DNA of 64,000 bases from contig NW_021832231.1 in assembly GCF_006345805.1 (NCBI RefSeq), positions 744,001 through 808,000 on the forward strand, given 5' to 3'. The position numbers and the translations under genes are program-made. Origin of the DNA: Octopus sinensis. Its lineage: Eukaryota. The notes under the pieces were generated by a model, which made no database searches, was not told the DNA's origin, and worked only from the letters and a program-made list of their open reading frames with translations. Shown piece after piece: positions 53,698 to 64,000 of the stretch. Each line of letters begins with the position of its first letter. Position 1 is the stretch's first letter.

Positions 53698-55139
53698 ACA
53701 AAAATAATGCATCTTTTTTTATTAAAGATTCCATGAATTAACTCTGTCTTTTTATAAATAGGGAGAATATGTTGGTGAAGAACAAAATAAACCTTATTCA
53801 CGTGATAGGTGTGGGATAGGCAATCTTGTTAGCTCAGGGCCAAATTGATAAGTTCTTTTGCAGGCCACATAGACAATATTTGGTTATTAAAAAAAGAAGG
53901 AATAATAATGTGAAATTTGACTCTGTTTAGCCTTGATTATTTTGTCAAAGAAAGGAATAAATTTTGAATACGATGTACGTAAAAATTGAATTAAGTAAAC
54001 AGCATATATACAATAAACATTAACAAATAGTAGACTAGGATGACTATTATCAACTGGGAATGACGTAAATGAGGTTCACTATTTAACATTTATTGTTATG
54101 TGGTCGGTTGATTACGTACAAAAAATTAAATTATTTCTTTATTGTTTGAATCGCGTTGTACTTAATGAATGAATCTGATATACAGTGAACAAAAATAAAA
54201 ACTGAACAAGCATTTTCTCACAAATTTACTATGAAACTATATAACTTCTATTGATTTAAAACATTAAATAAAGTATTGTTTATTTTTTGTTTGTAGAAAA
54301 AATATTATATTTATACGGTTTTTCATTCATTGATAATTCAGAACCCAAAAAACTGAACAAATTTATTTAATATCTAGTATGTCCTCCATTAGCTCTAACT
54401 AGGATCTTTAAGTTCGATTTTGTTCAGAAATGAAATAATATTATTTGTTAATAGCTACACCCATCTTCTCTTTTATCAAAACAAAACTACTGAATCCAAT
54501 AATGCTTATGGCACCCCATAACATGATAGTTCCTCTACCGAATTTTACTGTTTTAGCAGATTGTTTGTTAAATATTTTTCCTTGCGATTTCTCCATACAA
54601 AAATTCTTCCATTCTTATTGTACATATTAAATTTACTTTCATCACTTAAAATAACTCGCTCCTATAAATATTTTGAGAGCATATTCCATGTTTGGCATAG
54701 CGTCAATCATTGAAGTTTACGGTTTTTATAAAAAGTGGTCTTTTCGTGGGCGTATAAGCATTCAGACCTATTTTATCGTGGTATTTCTTATTGTTTGAGC
54801 TGTTGCTGATTTCTTTGCTTTTTCTATAAATGTTCTGGCAAAATTAAAACAGTTAAATTGAAATCCACTTTTCAAGCCTCTTTAATTTGAAATATTTCTT
54901 GACGATTGAGCAACAATGGTCGACCAGACCCGACTTTGTCCGCCAAATACTTATTTAAATAGTTTCTGGTAATTTACGATATCGTGCCGAGCAATCTTTT
55001 GGTGATATCTTCCTTTTTCAGATGTTCAATGACTAGCCATGTAGAGAGATTACAAATGATTGAATTTGAACGAATTTTAAAAAAATAAAACTTTTTCTTT
55101 GATATCAATATTTGAGGAATAGATCTTTTGTGTGAGTAT

Positions 55140-56960
55140 TTTCCTTGGCACCGAATCGAAAGCCTTCTTATTTCGATCGAGCAGACAATGGATTTTCCTG
55201 TTTAGGTTTCTTGTTTAGACCGTCTGATATAAACTTCATTAAAGCATTTAGGTGTGTGACAGTTGATCGCCCCTCTTTGAATCCATGTTGGAAACTGACT
55301 TCTGGGAGGAGGGGGCGAATCAAAGTCATCACCATTCTCTCTAGAATTCGTGCCTGGACGCATAAAAGGGACAGTGGCCTCTATGATCCAGGTTGCTCCT
55401 TCGGTTTTCCAGGCTTCAGGATTGGGTGAATGCACGACAGTTTCCATAATGTTGGAATGAAATTAAAGTTGCACGAGTAGTTGTAAATACTCGTAAGTGC
55501 AGAGATAGCTGCATCGCCCAATTTTTTGAGCATGATTGCTGGGATTCCGTCTGGTCCGCAGGAGCGTGTATTCTTTAGTCGGGAAATTTCTAAAGCGACA
55601 TCTCGAGGTAGGAAGTACGAAGATGGAGGCTCCCTTTTCGGTTTGCCCTTGATAATTGAAGAGGATTCCGATTTTTTATAAGCCTTGTGACTTATCTTCA
55701 CGCAATGTTTCATAAAAGTGTTTAGGTCTAGTTGGTGATTGTTGTCATCCTCGTTGTACTGTCGGCGTTTTTAATGTTACGCAGCATCTTCCACATTTTC
55801 GAGAGTGAGCACTTTTTGTTCATCCCTCGGGAATCGTGTCCAATTTTCTTTTTGCACTCGTCTCGCACTTTCTGCGCGATCTCCATGTTCAATACCCGAA
55901 TCCTTCTCGTTGTAAGTTTCGTCAGATGTGTACTCTGTTTGAGGCGATTTCTTTCTTTTATTAGTTTGACTGTTTTAGCGTCGTATTTTCTTTTCGTGAG
56001 TTTCAGGACTCCCTTCTTTACAAATAGATCTCTCCCCTTTAGAATAACTTTGTTAAAGTAGTTGACTGCCGTGTCGAGGGAGTTGAAATTCTGAGGATGA
56101 AAGTTCCATAGGGATGAATCAACATATTTTTTATATCCTGTCCAATCGGCATTAGCGTAATCGTGAAATATTGCATGCTTTGACCGGGTCACATTGATTT
56201 TGATAAAAATAGGGTTGTGATCGCTCCCCAAGTCAAAATTAACGGACCAATGAACAAGAGGTGCCAAATAGTAATATCAGGTGAAGTGAGTGAATTTTTC
56301 TCGTTGTAAGGGGTTCGAGTGTTTGTTCTTGGGTCGTTTGCAACACACAGATTTTCCAGGTGAGAAATTATTAGGTTCCCCCTCTTATCTGGAGGTTGCT
56401 TCCAATACCATGAGGGGTGTTTGGCATTAAAATCGCCAGAGACCAGCAGGTTTTCCACCTTGTCAAGTTCAGACAAATCCACTGTAAATTCTTTGGCACA
56501 GGAGCCGGGAGGCGGAATATAGATGTTTTCAATAATAATTTGTCCAAGAGAAGTTTGAATGGAGATGGCGAGAAATTCTGTATTACAGTCTTTATCCAGT
56601 TTCCTAAATGTGGAGTGGTTTTTGTAGAAGATGATTTCCTTTCTGACAAGGGTCAATAAGCCTCCGCCATGCCTCGATGGGCGATCCACTCTTAGCACAT
56701 TGAAGCCAGAGAAATTGGGAGTTTTGCCAGTTTTCGAAAGCTTCGTTTCTTGCAAAAGGCAGACGTCAATATCTTTCCTCTCCAGATAAAGCTTTAGTTC
56801 TTTGGCCTTGCCTCTAACTCCGTTGATATTCAGGCTCAGTATATTGAGGTTCTTTCTAGGTCCAGGATTTTGCTCAACATCTCCGGAAATGATGAGCCGC
56901 CACCAGGAAAGTGCACTAACTTGGAGGGAGTGCTGTCCAGGGGGAGGTCCGCTGGATGGA
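55140..56960 (-). mobile_element. APE-type LINE fragment (Ingi/Vingi- or Jockey-like) with an N-terminal 2A peptide
   Basis: LIISGDVEQNPGP then LSLNINGV, LQETKL, GGGLL, NIYIPP, GDFNAKH, GSDHNPI, GPDGI, PILKPGK, QHGFK. Truncated at both ends. Confidence 0.9.
56858..56896 (-). other. 2A/StopGo ribosomal-skipping motif
   Basis: ctc atc att tcc gga gat gtt gag caa aat cct gga cct = LIISGDVEQNPGP, matching D(V/I)ExNPGP, in frame with the APE domain. Confidence 0.88.
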
Positions 56961-57257
56961 TTATAAATTTATAGGAAAAGCATTGTCCGCCGAACACTTA
57001 TTTAAATAGCTTCTGGTAATTTACGATATCGTGCCGAGCAATCTTTTGGTGATATCTTCCTTTTTCAGATGTTCAATGACTAGCCATGTAGAGAGATTAC
57101 AAATGATTAAATCTGAAGGAATTTTGAAAAAATAAAAATTTTTCTTTGATATATTTAAGTATTTTAAATTTGTTCAGTTTTTTTTGGTTTTGAATTTTCG
57201 AGTTCATAAAAAGGGCATAAATATATATTTAATAAAAAAACTATAAAATGTAAAATA

Positions 57258-57425
57258 CTTTATTATTATTATTAAAAGCACTCCCGAGAAGTCATAAAAC
57301 TAATTAAGCTTCCCTTGTGCCGCGTGAACAACAATACTGTCCCACAACCTTCTCCAGGTGCCTCTCCTCTTTTCCAATTCTCTCAGGTTGTCGAGATCAT
57401 CAGAAGTGTTAAAGCGCCCAAATGA
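57258..57425 (-). mobile_element. RTE-like 3' end with (TAA)n tail inside the Tc1
   Basis: FNTSDDLDNLRELEKRRGTWRRLWDSIV resembles the RTE C-terminus at 18958; followed by taataataataa. Confidence 0.6.
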
Positions 57426-57789
57426 ATACGTGGGGGACATCGCGAAAGTTGTAAAACGCGAAAAAGACATATCCGAAACAGACAGAGGTAAATTTGAGAC
57501 ATATTTGCAATATTGTCCCATTATAAATTTATAAGAAAAAGCATGTTCAGTTTTTATTTTTGTTCACAGTATTGTGGATAAGTATCAGGCTGAGTATAAA
57601 GGACTTGGAATGACAGTAAAACAAAATGAATAGGAAGTGATTTGGCATATCGAGTGAGACTTTTAGATTCTTAATTGTCAAGAAAAGTTAAGGATTGTCA
57701 TTCACGTTTTTTGATGAGAGGATATAAAGTTTTAAAATTGTTTTAATAAATAAATAAAATAATTAAGTTATCGTTTGTTGTGGTGATTT

Positions 57790-58488
57790 ATGAGCAATTC
57801 AAAGTCACATATAAAAACCAACGTTAAATACGAAATACCCGACGAAAACCAGCCAGAAAGTCAGCCTCATTACTACTATTGCATTTGTGGACAAAAAAGT
57901 GCAATATTAGGTACACATATCTGTTCATTCCATTAGACACCCCACTCGAATCCCTGCCGTTGAGGTCCCTTGACGGAGCCCGAGTAATTGACAGCAACAA
58001 GCACAAACATCACTTGAAGTACAACGAGGGAGAAATAGTAAATATTCGAAGGTATATATATTATTAATTTTTGTTAGAAAAGGAGGAATTGAGAGACAAT
58101 TTCGAAAGAACTGTACAAAATGCCGACTATTACTATTCTACTGTCACGGAAAGGAATCCTCCGTCATTTTCGTGGTCGACGGGTCTCTCAGCGAAGGACA
58201 GGAACATTCCACTCAGTTGGTAGACCAGAAGGTGACAGTCCCCCTCTACTTTAGAGCTCCACGACCGTGTCAGCTGTGAACCAGGTGGAGGACGAGATGA
58301 TCACGGTTGGACAGTGGGAGCTATTTTTAGAGGGAGATTGAGGATTCGTATGCCGCCAATGCTGCCCTCATTCAAAAATATTTGGAAGGGACTCTTTCTG
58401 CTAAGAGAAAGGCCTATGAACAGGTTTATTTGGTTATCTACTTTTTTAGGAGTTCAAAAAACGTAAGAAGGGGACACTTTTGGATTAA
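57790..58488 (+). CDS. STEEP1: STING ER exit protein / CXorf56 (UPF0428) homolog
   Basis: [74 protein letters not shown]. Five short introns. Confidence 0.88.
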
Positions 58489-58509
58489 TATTTTTGAATA
58501 AATTGATTG

Positions 58510-58876
58510 TTTTTATTTTTTTTTTGATTTAATTTTTTTTTTTTTTCTTAGTCTACCAGAAAAAGTTAAATGTAATTAACAAATAGTTATTAACTAACTA
58601 ATTCCCGGCATCGTAAATGGAAACACATTTCCACGTACTATGGCCAAGGAAATCCTTTCGAAAAGCCACTTGGACTCGCGTGGGTCTCCCCGTTTATGGG
58701 AGATCATGCGGCCAAGCTTTTTTAGAAAGGAAAGAGACTTTTCGCCGATGACGCCGGAAGTCTCGACGGCGATGGAGTGAACAGATACCGTTCAGAAGAG
58801 CTCCTTGTACTTTCCAATCTTCATCTTCTCGGTTTTGCGAGAGACTGAGCCAGGCTCGACAGCTGAAGAAGGAAGG
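58510..58876 (-). mobile_element. 5'-truncated CRE-like LINE 3' end with poly(A) tail
   Basis: AVETSGVIGEKSLSFLKKLGRMI..DPRESKWLFERISLAIVRGN; poly-T tract on the plus strand at about 58510-58546. Confidence 0.75.
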
Positions 58877-58952
58877 TTGAGATTGTTTTTTATTATTTAG
58901 AAAATAATTTAAATAAATATGTATTATATTAATTGGTCGAGGTGGTGGCAAA

Positions 58953-59972
58953 ATGTATTGTCCTAATGATAACCGGAAACGATTTTTAAATGACAATGCT
59001 GACCGTTTTTTGTTCAATGCTTGGTTATATCTTGTAGCTGAGGATACAGGGACAACGTTGAATTAGACGAGGATTTTATGGCTAACGCAGAACTGATCAT
59101 ATCGAGACAGAAGGAACACAGTGAGACATTGAACTCACTCCCTGGCCAACAAATGGAGTTTTGGGACAGTTTCTATGCCAAACACAAATACAAATTTTTC
59201 AAAATCAGAAAATGGCTATTTAATGAAATTCCGGATTTAAAATCATGCACTCCTCCCGAAATCATTTTAGAGGCAAGTTTAACAGACTGACTGATAGGTA
59301 GGGTGTGGAACGGGCAGTGTGGTCATTCCACTTCTCGAGTCTCTTGCCAAGTTGACGAATTAATCACCAGTTTAGATCTGTCCATATATTTTGTTGTGAC
59401 TTGTCAGAAAATGCTCTCGACTGTTTAAAAAAGCACCAATTGTTTGACAGTTCTCGATGTACTCCGTTTTGTTGCGATCTGATCAGGGATTCTTATTTTA
59501 TTCCTTTTTTGTACAATTCGGTTGATTTGGTCACTTTAATCTTCGTCCTCTCAGCCATCCCACCAGCAAGGCATGCAATCTGTCCCTCATCCTTACAGTA
59601 TGCCAGTGGTGGTAAACAATATTGTTGCTACCATGAAAAAAGGCGGGAAACTGTTTTTTCGTGACTATGGACTGTACGATATGACTCAGCTGAGATTTAA
59701 AGCAGGTGGGTGTTGTTTGTGCTAATAAAGTAGACTGCTGTGTTGGGGACTGTGCCTATAAAAGAGGAGATGGAACTCTGGTGTATTATTTCACTTTAGG
59801 TTTTGTATTTTGTGGTCTAATTGGATTAGATGAGGTCGAGGCTTTGTTTTTAAAGGCCGGGTTGGTCAAGGAGGAGTGTTTTGTGGATAGACGACTGCTT
59901 GTTAATAGAAAGCGGAGGCTAAACATGTACAGGGTTTGGATTCAAGGAAAATTCTATAAGCCTGTTGATTAA
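58953..59972 (+). CDS. METTL2: tRNA m3C methyltransferase METTL2-like
   Basis: RFL..FNAWDNVE, WDSFY..FFKIRKWLFNE, ILE|VGCG, IFVLSAI, FRDYGLYDMTQLRFK, RGDGTLVYYFT, MYRVWIQGK. Six introns, two GC-AG. Confidence 0.93.
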
Positions 59973-60307
59973 TATTTTTCAAATGGAAAATGATTTAGAT
60001 ATTAAAATTTTTCAATTTAAATTTTTGAAAAATATTTCCATGTGTCGCAAATTTTGATAAATTTATTAAATAGTTTATTTAAGGGTTAGCTCGGAATGTT
60101 AAAAATTGATTTTAAAATGTCAAATATATTATTTAAACAAAATAACTGGATTTCCAAAACAGGATATTCCAACATAAATAGCACAAAGGTTACAACACAT
60201 TGTCCTTACAAGTAGTTATATTTGCTCGAAATAGCACTCCAAGATAAACCAAACATCTGTTTCGATATAATTCAATATATTAAATGTTTAAATATTTCTT
60301 TATTAAT

Positions 60308-62303
60308 ATGGACGAAATTGTATTGGAGAATGTCACTGAACAGGAAAAGGAAAAGATCATCAATGTCTTGGAAAAAGATAAAATTCTCCAAAACACTGAA
60401 AAGGAACGAATATTGTATTTCTTAATTTTATCAGGAATTTATAGAAAACTCTCTCGAAACGGAGGATCATGGATGTCAGAGTACTCTAAATACTGCCCTG
60501 GGAAAATAGAATATAGTTTTGTATTCATCAAACATAGCTAGTTGACGGAACATTTAGAATCAAAAATACATCCGAAGTGAATAAAAAGAAAAGTAATTTT
60601 ATTCCGTAAGTGTTTAATTGATATGAAAATAATAATAAATTAACAATTTTAGTTATTTGTTTGAAAATACGACTGATAGATACACTGAAAATAAAAACTC
60701 GTCTAAAAAAACTCTTCTTGAACTCAAAATAGAATATGATAAAATGCAAATTGAGGCCAACAATAATTTACGAGGAATTATTTGTCTCGCTAATTGTAGA
60801 TATAAAAAGCGAAAGTACAAATATATTTCAAAGCACGTCCAGCAAGAAATCCGAAGACCTCAAGGCCATTGCCAGAGATCCGGAGCTAAAGACTCGTCCT
60901 CAATATGTAACACATTGTTAATGCGATATTACCCGCATAATAGCTTTCAAGTGAATTTTCAAAAGCACTTCACAAAGCCTACATAATTTAAATTTTATAT
61001 ATTTAAATAATATATATAAATAAATATAATTAATAATAATTATTTCTAAAGAAATCTGATGATGATTTGGATTTTCAAAATATCTGTGTTCCTACTCGGT
61101 GGGTCGGGCTTAAATTTCGATATAATAACGACGAAGAAATTCTCCAAATAACTTTAATAGACTGGAAAAATATTCCTAAAATTGAAAAGCATCTCATTGA
61201 CTCAAAATTGTTTCCGTTCTATTATGAAAAATAGTTACATGACTTTTCAAATATTTCCCGATTTCAAAAATAATTCGAAATCAAAGAAATTCATTTCAAT
61301 AAATTCAGTTCATTCAGAGAAACCCCATTTTGAAGTCACTGTTTTTGTGTGGATCATTTTTAGTGTCCAATTAAAATACATGAAGTAAAATTATGCAGCA
61401 TTTTTCTGGAATTTTTTTACAAAAGATCTTTCCGAAATGAAAAATTAGGAATTTGTGAAATATTAAGTGCAAATATCAACTTTACTTCTCAATGTCAAAC
61501 AATGTGGTTTCCGCTATTTTCGAAGGTTTGTTAAAAAATAATTTTAATAGAATTTAACTCAAAAAACTTCAAAATATAGACTTCATTTCTCGATGACTTA
61601 TGAGACAAAAATAGACCAAGATTCCGATGTTTTCAAAAACTTTAAAACTTTGATAATAAAAATTAAAACCCTGGCAGTTGCCAATATGGCAAAAAACTCG
61701 AAATATCAAATCGAATTGTTGATTTTTGTAAATAAATAATAAAGGGCGATGAATCAAACTAATCAAGAAAGAACCACACTTTCTGACGGAAACCAAACCA
61801 TGACGATCCAGTGGAATGAATTCATTACATTTTTAATCGACGAAGCTAGAGAAAATACACTTTTTATAAACATTATTAGACTGAATAAAGAAAAGCATGT
61901 AAACGACGAAATCAACCTTTCAAAACGTAAGGTGTTGCTGTCTATTCTGTAGCTCTTGCTGCAAATCAAATAAAAGTCAATAATAATCACAATGATGAAA
62001 AAAACCTTACTGTAAATCGGATTTTGAATAACTCGAATCTTGAATTAGTTCTCTTTAAATAGATTTTTAACAGAAATATTTTATTTAATAATTATTTTTC
62101 TGCAGCAAAACATCTTTTTGCTATTTATAAATATTTATATAATTACAGATATTTTTTTAATAGTCTTAACTTGGAATGAAGTTGTTTTAAAATTTTCTGG
62201 AGAGAAGTATGTAACGGATGCCAACAAACTTACTGGAATGAAATTTTACTTGAGTCGTGCTTCGAGGGACAACGGAAAACATGCAAGTAAAGAAAAAACA
62301 TAA
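60308..62303 (+). CDS. Synaptotagmin-like protein (Rab-binding N-terminus plus divergent C2 domains)
   Basis: MDEIVLENVTEQEKEKIINVLEKDKILQNTEKERI (Slp/rabphilin-type RabBD); VGLKFRYNNDEEILQITLI and TIQWNEFITF C2-like segments. Exons not fully resolved. Confidence 0.6.
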
Positions 62304-63516
62304 ACTTTTTATGCGTTCCTATAAAAGAAGTCTATTATATCATAATCTCGTGGTATACCTTAAATGTATCTTTGTGGCCTTTTTAATAAAAATTAAATAA
62401 TTTTTACTTAAACAGAAAGCACTGTTGGGGTAAATAAAAACACGAAGGTTTTCTTCACATGAGAAAGTTCTGACATGTTTTTTCACTACATTTGCCCCCT
62501 TCAGAACAATTATTATGATTAACAATTATAAAAATTAACTATCATATGCCGAATATATTTTAAATCCTCTGATATCTAAATTCAGGTCGCCTTTTTTAGA
62601 TTTTTTAAGCATATGATGTAATCTTAATGTTGATAGTTTTTTATTTAATGAGTTAGTTGAGTTTCACTTCTTGAAAATTTTAAATACTTTGAATTAATTT
62701 TTTAAATAAAATTTTTTATCATTCGTTCAAAATATTTCAAATCACATTTAGAGAATTTCCGGTATTCTGAATTCAAAATATTTATTGTAACTACAGATGT
62801 ACTTTGCCGTCTTAAGAGTAAGTTATTAGACAAGCAGAGTAATAAATTAAAATTAACTTTACATAAAAAGTTGAGATAATGATTTACCACCATTTGAAAT
62901 TAAATTTGAAATTACAAAATAATTTAAAAATTGTGCATTCGATTCAGTGACCGGGGAAATGAATCATTTGTAAGCTTAAAAAAGAAGCGATGTATTCGAT
63001 AAAACATTTTATGGTTGTGGGCCTACAAAACTGGGAAATAATCGACATTTTAGCCGTTTTTAATATCCTCAAAGACAGGTGATGTTGAAAGCTAATAATG
63101 TTCTAAATATTATTGTAATAACCTCTTGATGATTTAAAGAAAAGTGAAGATGATCGATTTATAATTACAAATTGTTTAAACAGGTTTCCGGCTTTAATAT
63201 ACGAACTTTGGTAGTTGCCCGTCGAGGAAAAAGAAAAAAATGATAAGAAATGAAAAATATAAAAGGAGCGTTTAATGACCAAAACGGTGTCTTTTGGTGT
63301 CTTGCAGCTGACAAGTATTAGTTGATGTCTATTTTTGATCTCTAAAGCGGAGGTGTTTTTTCATAGTAATTTACTAGATTTCCCATCTTAGAATTTTTAA
63401 CTTGCTCTATTTTTCAAATATAATTAATTTTTTTTATTTTAATGCAACTTATATTCATAATTTTTTTTGGACAGACCATAAAGTAATAAAATATTTAAAC
63501 AAGTGAGCGAAATAAA

Positions 63517-63894
63517 ATGGATTTGATTACCTCAGAACACGAGAATTGTTATTTATCAAATTTTTAATTTTAGTAAACCCAATAAGTGCCTTATACGAAC
63601 ACTGCTCAAAAGCGTCAATAACAAGTACATATCTCAAATTCCTGAATTTAAGTATTTTTTCAAGAGTTGGCAACTAACGACAACTCCACAAACAAATATG
63701 GATCCAAATGCAGCCTAAGCACAGGCCAAGTCTTTTATGGGTATGGAGATACAAAAAAATCATCAAAAAATGCATCAGCTGAAGCCGCCATGAAGAATAT
63801 CAAACAAGAAATGCCAAATAAAAGTCAATGTATTATTATTACACAATTCTATGCTTTAAATAATTTAAATACCTATATCGCACAGGTCAAATAA
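63517..63894 (+). CDS. Protein with a double-stranded RNA-binding motif (may continue past the window)
   Basis: NPISALYEHC..CSLSTGQVFYGYGDTKKSSKNASAEAAM after removing two short introns. Confidence 0.7.
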
Positions 63895-64000
63895 TTTGTA
63901 TAAATATTATGTGTATAGCACTGTTAATTTGTATAAATGTTATTTAAAAAGTGAGAACAACAATCGACTATTTGTCACATAATCCAATTTCCTACCTCAC

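Larger units (their letters stand above)
54183..57569 (-). mobile_element. Tc1-like (IR-DR type) DNA transposon carrying nested LINE fragments
   Basis: TA-flanked TIRs CAGTGAACAAAAATAAAAACTGAACA and TGTTCAGTTTTTATTTTTGTTCACAG; inner repeats at about 54348 and 57167. Degenerate transposase (SGRP, IFSDESKFN-like, GRGTIMLWGAIS, ANGGHTRY*). Confidence 0.85.

Noticed and set aside
56900-56960. HDV-like ribozyme upstream of the 2A motif
   Set aside because: Only a short tccag/ctgga hairpin is visible; the element is 5'-truncated and the pseudoknot cannot be assembled.

Overview
AT-rich eukaryotic (animal) genomic DNA. Genes are split by very many ultra-short spliceosomal introns (mostly 22-30 nt), so the ORF track shows only fragments. 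This architecture plus metazoan-type genes points to a dicyemid mesozoan (inference; dicyemids are known for introns of about 21-26 nt). By splicing by hand I recognise CAPZA, eIF2-alpha, a GATA1/2/3-like factor, XPB/ERCC3, RSRC2-like, ATP6AP1, STK11/LKB1, INPP4, GPAT3/4, STEEP1/CXorf56, METTL2, a synaptotagmin-like protein, a 67-aa NeuroD/neurogenin-like bHLH, a dsRBD protein and a putative GPI-anchored lectin-like surface protein. There are also pseudogene fragments (DDX23, MEK1/2, Spinster) and many, often nested, transposons (Merlin x2, hAT/Buster x2, Tigger/pogo, Tc1, mariner, RTE, R4/Dong, CRE-like, Ingi/Jockey-like LINE). Main oddities: (1) transposase genes carrying host-style 25-27 nt introns, one of which is absent from a related family in the same window; (2) an apparently high share of GC-AG introns; (3) a 2A/StopGo peptide in front of a LINE endonuclease; (4) a 5'-inverted RTE insertion with a perfect 12-bp TSD; (5) recurrent single-base deletions in short homopolymers, probably assembly errors. 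All gene models are manual and unverified by alignment.
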